From assembly GCA_000175855.1 (NCBI GenBank), contig ACYB01000046.1:90001-122000 (forward strand): DNA of 32,000 nucleotides, in the 5' to 3' direction. The DNA is from Raphidiopsis brookii D9. GTDB lineage: Bacteria; Cyanobacteriota; Cyanobacteriia; Cyanobacteriales; Nostocaceae. The position numbers and the translations under genes were made by a program. Positions 27,725 to 32,000 of the stretch are shown piece after piece; position 1 is the stretch's first letter; every line of letters begins with the position of its first letter. The notes below the pieces were generated by a model. That model saw only the letters and a list, made by a program, of their open reading frames with translations. It had not been told where the DNA came from and ran no database searches.

Positions 27725-28303
27725 TTACGGTGCAGGTGTTTGGGGAATAGTAATAGGAGGAGAATTCCCAGTAGTTGGTGGTGTGGGAAGGGCACTTGGT
27801 AGGTTAAACCCAGGATCAGCACCGGGAACTGTGGGTAAGTTTAGTGGTGGTACAATGGGGGTACCAGAAAAGTTTGGTTGAGAAGCTCCGGGGATAATTC
27901 CCAAGGACACTCGATTTCCCCCCACTTGTCTGAGTAAATCTAATGCTTGAACCACATCATTATAGGTAGCTGTGGGAGAAGCATTCAGAACTAAAATACC
28001 CTGGGGATTGCTAGTAATATACTCTTTTAATCGCACTTCCAATTGTTCCCTGGTGACCGGATCCCTTTCAATGTAAGTTTTACCTACAGCATCAATAGTA
28101 ACTAGTAGAATGTTATTTGGCTGGGAACTAGCAGCGGAGGTTGTACCTGTAGTGGCTCTGGGCAAATCAACATTAATTGCCTGCTGTCTGGTAAATTGCA
28201 GCGCTGCTAATAGGAAAAAAGTCAGGATGCAAAAAACAACATCAATCAAAGGAATAATTTGAATCTGAACTTCTTCAATCGGAGTATGCAGGTTAACTTT
28301 CAT
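27725..28303 (-). CDS. exbD: ExbD/TolR family biopolymer transport protein with a Pro-rich C-terminal tail
   Basis: '[17 protein letters not shown]' TM helix, then a periplasmic domain '[14 protein letters not shown]...[12 protein letters not shown]'. It overlaps the upstream exbB by 11 nt. Confidence 0.85.
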   Translation of the reverse strand: MKVNLHTPIEEVQIQIIPLIDVVFCILTFFLLAALQFTRQQAINVDLPRATTGTTSAASSQPNNILLVTIDAVGKTYIERDPVTREQLEVRLKEYITSNPQGILVLNASPTATYNDVVQALDLLRQVGGNRVSLGIIPGASQPNFSGTPIVPPLNLPTVPGADPGFNLPSALPTPPTTGNSPPITIPQTPAP

Positions 28304-29027
28304 TTTCTTGCTCTGATTCTGAACTGGTCACGGGATTTTCAATAGGGTCAGTCAACTCCTCTTCCACTGAAGATTCTGTAATGAAAACAAATTCTCTTTT
28401 CTCAGACCCAGGTGGAGATTGACGATACAACAACTCTAAATCATTACCAGCTTTATTAAACACTTTCACTTGATTAACCGCAAAGGATTGAAATAGACGA
28501 TAAAAGACTAAGGTAAAAATGGCAACTATCAAACCAGAGGCAGTACTAATTAGGGACTCACCAATACCTGTGGTGACACCCGCTGTAGATTCTGTACCCA
28601 AATCACCAATTCTAATTGCTCGTAAGGATTGAATTAAACCTAAAACCGTACCTAACAATCCTAAGAGTGGTGAAAGAGCGATTACAGATTCTAGTAGTTT
28701 TTCTCCCCTTCTCATTCCTGCTATTTCTTCTGCTGCTGTAGACTCCAAGGCTAGTTTAAAGGTTTCAGCATCACTTTTTTGCAATCGCAGTGGTGCGTAT
28801 AGAAAACGACCTATGGGTTGTTCTGTAGCTTTTTGAGCAATTTCTGTGGCTATTTCCCAGCTGTCTGTTGCAGCATCTAGGACTCTTTCTACTACTTGTT
28901 TTTCTTGGCTCAAAATTCGTAGCCAAAACCACAGACGCTCAAATATTACACTTAGAGATAGTACAGACAGTAGCAACAGCGGCCACATAGCTGGACCGCC
29001 TTTCTTAAACAAATCTAAAATATCCAC
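28293..29027 (-). CDS. exbB: MotA/TolQ/ExbB proton-channel family protein
   Basis: '[25 protein letters not shown]' and '[18 protein letters not shown]'. GTG start. Confidence 0.85.
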   Translation of the reverse strand: MDILDLFKKGGPAMWPLLLLSVLSLSVIFERLWFWLRILSQEKQVVERVLDAATDSWEIATEIAQKATEQPIGRFLYAPLRLQKSDAETFKLALESTAAEEIAGMRRGEKLLESVIALSPLLGLLGTVLGLIQSLRAIRIGDLGTESTAGVTTGIGESLISTASGLIVAIFTLVFYRLFQSFAVNQVKVFNKAGNDLELLYRQSPPGSEKREFVFITESSVEEELTDPIENPVTSSESEQENES

Positions 29028-29106
29028 TTTTCCAGTCTCCTCACTACACTAAATATAGCAATTATGCTAGAACATTTTTCTTAACCACTAAATTCTGGAG
29101 AAAAAT

Positions 29107-29400
29107 ATGAGTTTTTCCGTACAATCACTTTACTCTTGGTATGGTAAATTAATCCGTAAACCTAAGTACCGCTGGTGGGTCATTATGGGAACTATTGTTT
29201 ATTTGGTCAGTCCCATTGATATTGCTCCCGATTTTATCCCTGTTGTTGGTCAAATTGATGACTTAGTTTTATTAACATTATTGGTATCGGAGGTGTCCAA
29301 ATTTGTTATTGAGGGCTGGAAGTCTTCCAAAGCTAAAACTAACTCCTCTGTAAAGGATGTTGATTCAAAGGATACGGTAATTGAGGTAACCAAACAATAA
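29107..29400 (+). CDS. DUF1232 (YkvA-like) membrane protein
   Basis: 'YLVSPIDIAPDFIPVVGQIDDLVLL' is the DUF1232 signature. Confidence 0.7.
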   Translation: MSFSVQSLYSWYGKLIRKPKYRWWVIMGTIVYLVSPIDIAPDFIPVVGQIDDLVLLTLLVSEVSKFVIEGWKSSKAKTNSSVKDVDSKDTVIEVTKQ

Positions 29401-30748
29401 AGCTGGTTCCCGGAAGAGAAAAGGATGCTCTATCAAATTCTACTGCAGGGCTGAAAACCTCTATTTCTCCCTGCATTTGTGCTATGAGTTGTTTGGCGAT
29501 CGCCATTCCTAAACCTGTACCTGGAATGCTACTATTAGCTTGTACTCCTCTGTAATGTCTTTCACCCAAACGCTCCAGATCCTCTTTGGGTATACCGGGT
29601 CCTGTATCGCTAATAGCTATACCCTGAATTTCCGTGTTTTTTTGTAGAGACTGAATGGAGATTTTTCCACCTGCAGGGGTATATTTTAATGCATTATCTA
29701 TGATGTTACTGAAAACCTCTCTGAGTGCCTTAGTATTGGCTTTTACTGGTGGTAAATGGTTGGGAATGTCTATTAAAAGTTGAATAGTTTTTTCCTGAGC
29801 TAGAACTTGTGCAGAGGCTAATATGGGTACCAGTATATCTTTCAGATAACAACTAGTAGGCTCTTCCCCCGTTCCTGGTAGCAAAAGCGGCGCTGTTTTA
29901 TCAGGAGATGCTTCCACTGTAAGTGCTGATCCTAGTATGGGAATAGCTGTTGTGTCTCTACTTTTTGAGTCTAAAACCTGATCAAACTTTTGCAATAACT
30001 CCTGCAGGCGATCGCTTTGATTGATAATATTTATGGCTACTTCCCTATCAGTATCATTAGATCTTAATCTTTTTAAAAGAAGTTTACCAAAAGTACGAAT
30101 AGCAGTCAGAGGATTACGAAACTGATGTAAAAGACTATCTAGTAAGTCCCCCTGCTCCTTTTGTAATGCTTTTTCTTGTTGTAGTTGGTGTTGTAACCAA
30201 ACTTGACGCTGATCCAATATACAGGCGATCGCTAAAGTTGTAGCTATGCGGCGAACTTCTTTTTCTTCCACTGGGTTCCAAGGACGATCGTGCCTTGATG
30301 TCAAAAGCAGTCCCACCATCAAACCTTCATATACTAGGGGTAACACAATTTGGTACTGTCCAAATAGATATTTGTCTTCTAGGTTAAGGTAGTTATTATG
30401 CTCACTAGTATGGGCCCTAGTTGACTGTGGGGATGAGGGACTAGAGTCTAATCCTGGTGCTAACAGTTTTTGATCTGGTAATGACAAAACATCACTAGGG
30501 TCGCTCAAATTGCTTAAATTACTAAATTTGAGGTTGTTAACTTTTACTCTGCCCACATCCTGGGAATAATTTAATCGAGAAGCTTCTGGATAGACCAGAA
30601 CGGGAATTAATAACCCTTCTCCACTGGCGTGGTCTACCAATTCCTGTGTTAAGTAGACCACACTTGAAGACGCTCCCAGTCCCTGGGTTAATAGTGATAC
30701 TTGCTCTTGACATAGAGCAATAAAATCAGAACTGGCAGACATTAACAT
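29339..30748 (-). CDS. Soluble sensor histidine kinase with an N-terminal GAF-like domain (Hik2/CSK-like)
   Basis: H-box 'HQFRNPLTAIRTF', N-box 'NIIDNALKYT', G1 'ISDTGPGI', G2 'GTGLGMAIA'. There is no TM helix. The N-terminal half has a GAF-like pattern. The Hik2 assignment is inference from domain architecture. Confidence 0.8.
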   Translation of the reverse strand: MLMSASSDFIALCQEQVSLLTQGLGASSSVVYLTQELVDHASGEGLLIPVLVYPEASRLNYSQDVGRVKVNNLKFSNLSNLSDPSDVLSLPDQKLLAPGLDSSPSSPQSTRAHTSEHNNYLNLEDKYLFGQYQIVLPLVYEGLMVGLLLTSRHDRPWNPVEEKEVRRIATTLAIACILDQRQVWLQHQLQQEKALQKEQGDLLDSLLHQFRNPLTAIRTFGKLLLKRLRSNDTDREVAINIINQSDRLQELLQKFDQVLDSKSRDTTAIPILGSALTVEASPDKTAPLLLPGTGEEPTSCYLKDILVPILASAQVLAQEKTIQLLIDIPNHLPPVKANTKALREVFSNIIDNALKYTPAGGKISIQSLQKNTEIQGIAISDTGPGIPKEDLERLGERHYRGVQANSSIPGTGLGMAIAKQLIAQMQGEIEVFSPAVEFDRASFSLPGTSFIVWLPQLPYPLNQHPLQRS

Positions 30749-31164
30749 TTTTTCAATTTCACTGAGTAGTTGTGTAAATGCTACAGATACCTATCAACCA
30801 TTTTATAAGCATTTTGGCTAAAGCTATAAAAGAAGTTGTAATTTAGAGGTTATGTGTGCAAGGTGGTCATTTTTTATCAATGCGCGCCCTTTTGCCATCT
30901 TGTTTATTGCTATCAGTTACCTATTCTAATTCCTAATTGTTAAGTGGAGTGAATCTATCACTATTGATTATTTTAATATTATTTCAGCCATCATATAACC
31001 TTAACTACTAAGATTTGCGTATCTATTAATATTTAATATACACAATTTATTCTAAAGATACTGACTAATTGATCCCAGTTGAGGAATGGATTGATAGGGA
31101 TGTATCGAAAGGTTAAAAACCATTGATTTTTTCTGGCAACCCGTATATAATTACCACGAGTTTT

Positions 31165-31178
31165 GTAGCTGTGACTAC
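31165..31178. promoter_or_regulatory. NtcA-consensus-like site GTA-N8-TAC (extended TGTAgctgtgacTACA)
   Basis: Read directly. It lies 12 nt upstream of the listed ORF start at 31190, and a TATAAT hexamer is at 31146-31151. The spacing to any downstream -10 is not canonical. Confidence 0.25.
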
Positions 31179-31189
31179 AATCTTCTAGC

Positions 31190-31531
31190 TTGAAAGAGGA
31201 GGACAATAAGTTGGCAAGGAGACGTAAAAGAAAAAGCCGTCGTCGTCAGGAAGGACGACGGATTCTGGAAAATGTGCCTCAGTACAGCATAGAAAGCGGC
31301 GAAGACAAACCAGTGACAGCAGCGAGAAAGTTTATTCACGCTGAAGGTATCTTGCCTCCTGCCTTGCTATTAGTAAAAAGGAACGAACACACCACAGACC
31401 GTTACTTTTGGGCGGAAAAGGGTCTGTTTGGTGCTCAATACGTAGAAGAAAATCATTTTTTATTCCCTAGCTTGAGAATGTTGGAAACTCCAGCTAGTGC
31501 AGAACAACTAGTGAATCTGGCAAATCGCTAA
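31190..31531 (+). CDS. Conserved hypothetical protein with an arginine/lysine-rich N-terminus
   Basis: Coding-like ORF (…RRRKRKSRRRQEGRR…NEHTTDRYFWAEKGLFGAQYVEENHFLFPSL…). The listed start is TTG. A second TTG at 31211 has a better SD (gaggagg 8 nt upstream). I do not recognise the family with confidence. Confidence 0.6.
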   Translation: MKEEDNKLARRRKRKSRRRQEGRRILENVPQYSIESGEDKPVTAARKFIHAEGILPPALLLVKRNEHTTDRYFWAEKGLFGAQYVEENHFLFPSLRMLETPASAEQLVNLANR

Positions 31532-31595
31532 GTTCTGGAATGGTTTTTTTACGCATTCAACTTCTTACTTCTGACCTCAAAATCAATTAACTGGC

Positions 31596-31633
31596 AAAAT
31601 TGAACAGTTGACGCAAAAATTCAATTTTTTTTT
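31596..31633 (+). terminator. Candidate Rho-independent terminator (AT-rich 9-bp stem plus T-run)
   Basis: 'aaaattgaa' (31596-31604) pairs with 'ttcaatttt' (31620-31628), and the T-run extends to 31633. It is about 65 nt after the stop of the 113-aa gene. The stem is all A/T apart from one G-C pair, so it is weak. Confidence 0.4.
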
Positions 31634-31892
31634 AGTTTGTGGCCGAACTGACAGTGGTGCTAATGAATTGGATAATTAAACCTAGTACAGAGTGACAACA
31701 AAATCAAGCGCATAAATGGGTATACTGCTAGAATAACTGAGTTAAGTTCATTTCTTAGTAAGACCATCAATACAAAGTTTGTTATGTCCTCTCTGTTCTC
31801 TGAACAGGTCGGAAGTAAGTAATTATGTGTCACGGTGTTAGGTCACTGACTGATTTATCCGTAATCTAAGTTGTTGTGACTATTACCAAAAA

Positions 31893-32000
31893 TCAATCGA
31901 CAATTTTCAGTTGTAAAGCCCTTTTCAACTCCGCGAGTTCGTCTCGGTGAGCAGTGACAGTGATTATACTTGAGGGGTGTTGTTCATTTTGGCAAAACTC
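31893..32000 (-). CDS. Possible 3' end of a gene entering from beyond the window (35 codons plus stop)
   Basis: My own translation of the minus strand from nt 32000: EFCQNEQHPSSIITVTAHRDELAELKRALQLKIVD* (stop = tca at 31893-31895). It is too short for the ORF track and I see no recognisable motif. Confidence 0.25.
   Translation of the reverse strand, partial: EFCQNEQHPSSIITVTAHRDELAELKRALQLKIVD

Noticed and set aside
1296-29027. Treating the TonB-like gene and exbBD as one Ton system locus
   Set aside because: They are 25 kb apart and separated by unrelated housekeeping operons, so there is no positional evidence that they work together.
28846-29052. 68-aa plus-strand ORF
   Set aside because: It is antisense to exbB.
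30852-30929. 25-codon hydrophobic mini-ORF (MCARWSFFINARPFAILFIAISYLF) in the long intergenic region
   Set aside because: The SD spacing is poor (agagg only 2-3 nt from the ATG) and there is no supporting evidence. It is kept only as a note within the intergenic finding.
31871-31915. 'gttgtgactattaccaaaaatcaatcgacaattttcagttg', which looked superficially like a CRISPR repeat or spacer
   Set aside because: It occurs only once in the window and no periodic repeats appear anywhere, so there is no CRISPR array here.
31935-31960. 'cgagttcgtctcg' mini-hairpin resembling a tRNA T-arm
   Set aside because: There is no acceptor, D or anticodon arm around it and the loop is not the TTCRANY type. I found no tRNA-like sequence anywhere in the window.

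Overview
This window looks like core chromosome of a filamentous, Nostocales-like cyanobacterium. It is AT-rich (roughly 40% GC by eye). I count 13 exact copies of the cyanobacterial HIP1 octamer GCGATCGC by eye. About 40 genes are present and nearly all are recognisable housekeeping or photosynthesis genes. In order they are: a partial Na+/H+ antiporter with an RCK domain; a proline-rich TonB-like protein; a lumenal electron-carrier cluster (psbV, petE and a petJ-like cytochrome c6, all on the minus strand); accD; pilD; leuB; pntB, pntA2 and pntA1; a DUF2808 protein; the rpmH-rnpA-PH-domain-yidC-jag-yceD block; a phytase-like esterase; an MFS transporter; ugd and uxs (UDP-xylose synthesis); ndhS; a RodA/FtsW-family protein; mrp/apbC; an SRPBCC protein; hemF; a STAS antagonist; thf1/psb29; exbB-exbD; a DUF1232 protein; a GAF histidine kinase (Hik2/CSK-like); and an arginine-rich conserved hypothetical. 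I do NOT see a coherent novel multi-gene system: there is no CRISPR array, defence island, biosynthetic cluster, prophage, tRNA or rRNA. The points worth a second look are smaller. (1) A decayed IS607-type element (truncated serine-recombinase tnpA plus truncated tnpB) sits between petE and petJ and contains an 11-bp x3 tandem repeat. (2) A 19-bp palindrome lies over the likely petE promoter and is a candidate operator for the copper-switch repressor. (3) Three independently disrupted genes occur among about 40: pilD has an in-frame TAG, the phytase-like gene is frameshifted in an A8 run, and the STAS gene has an N-terminal frameshift at an A5 run. This indicates either genome erosion or assembly error. 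(4) rpmH is missing from the ORF track. (5) Two long AT-rich ORF-free stretches flank the last gene, with an NtcA-like TGTA-N8-TACA site. All functional calls rest on my recognition of protein motifs in the supplied translations. No database search was run.
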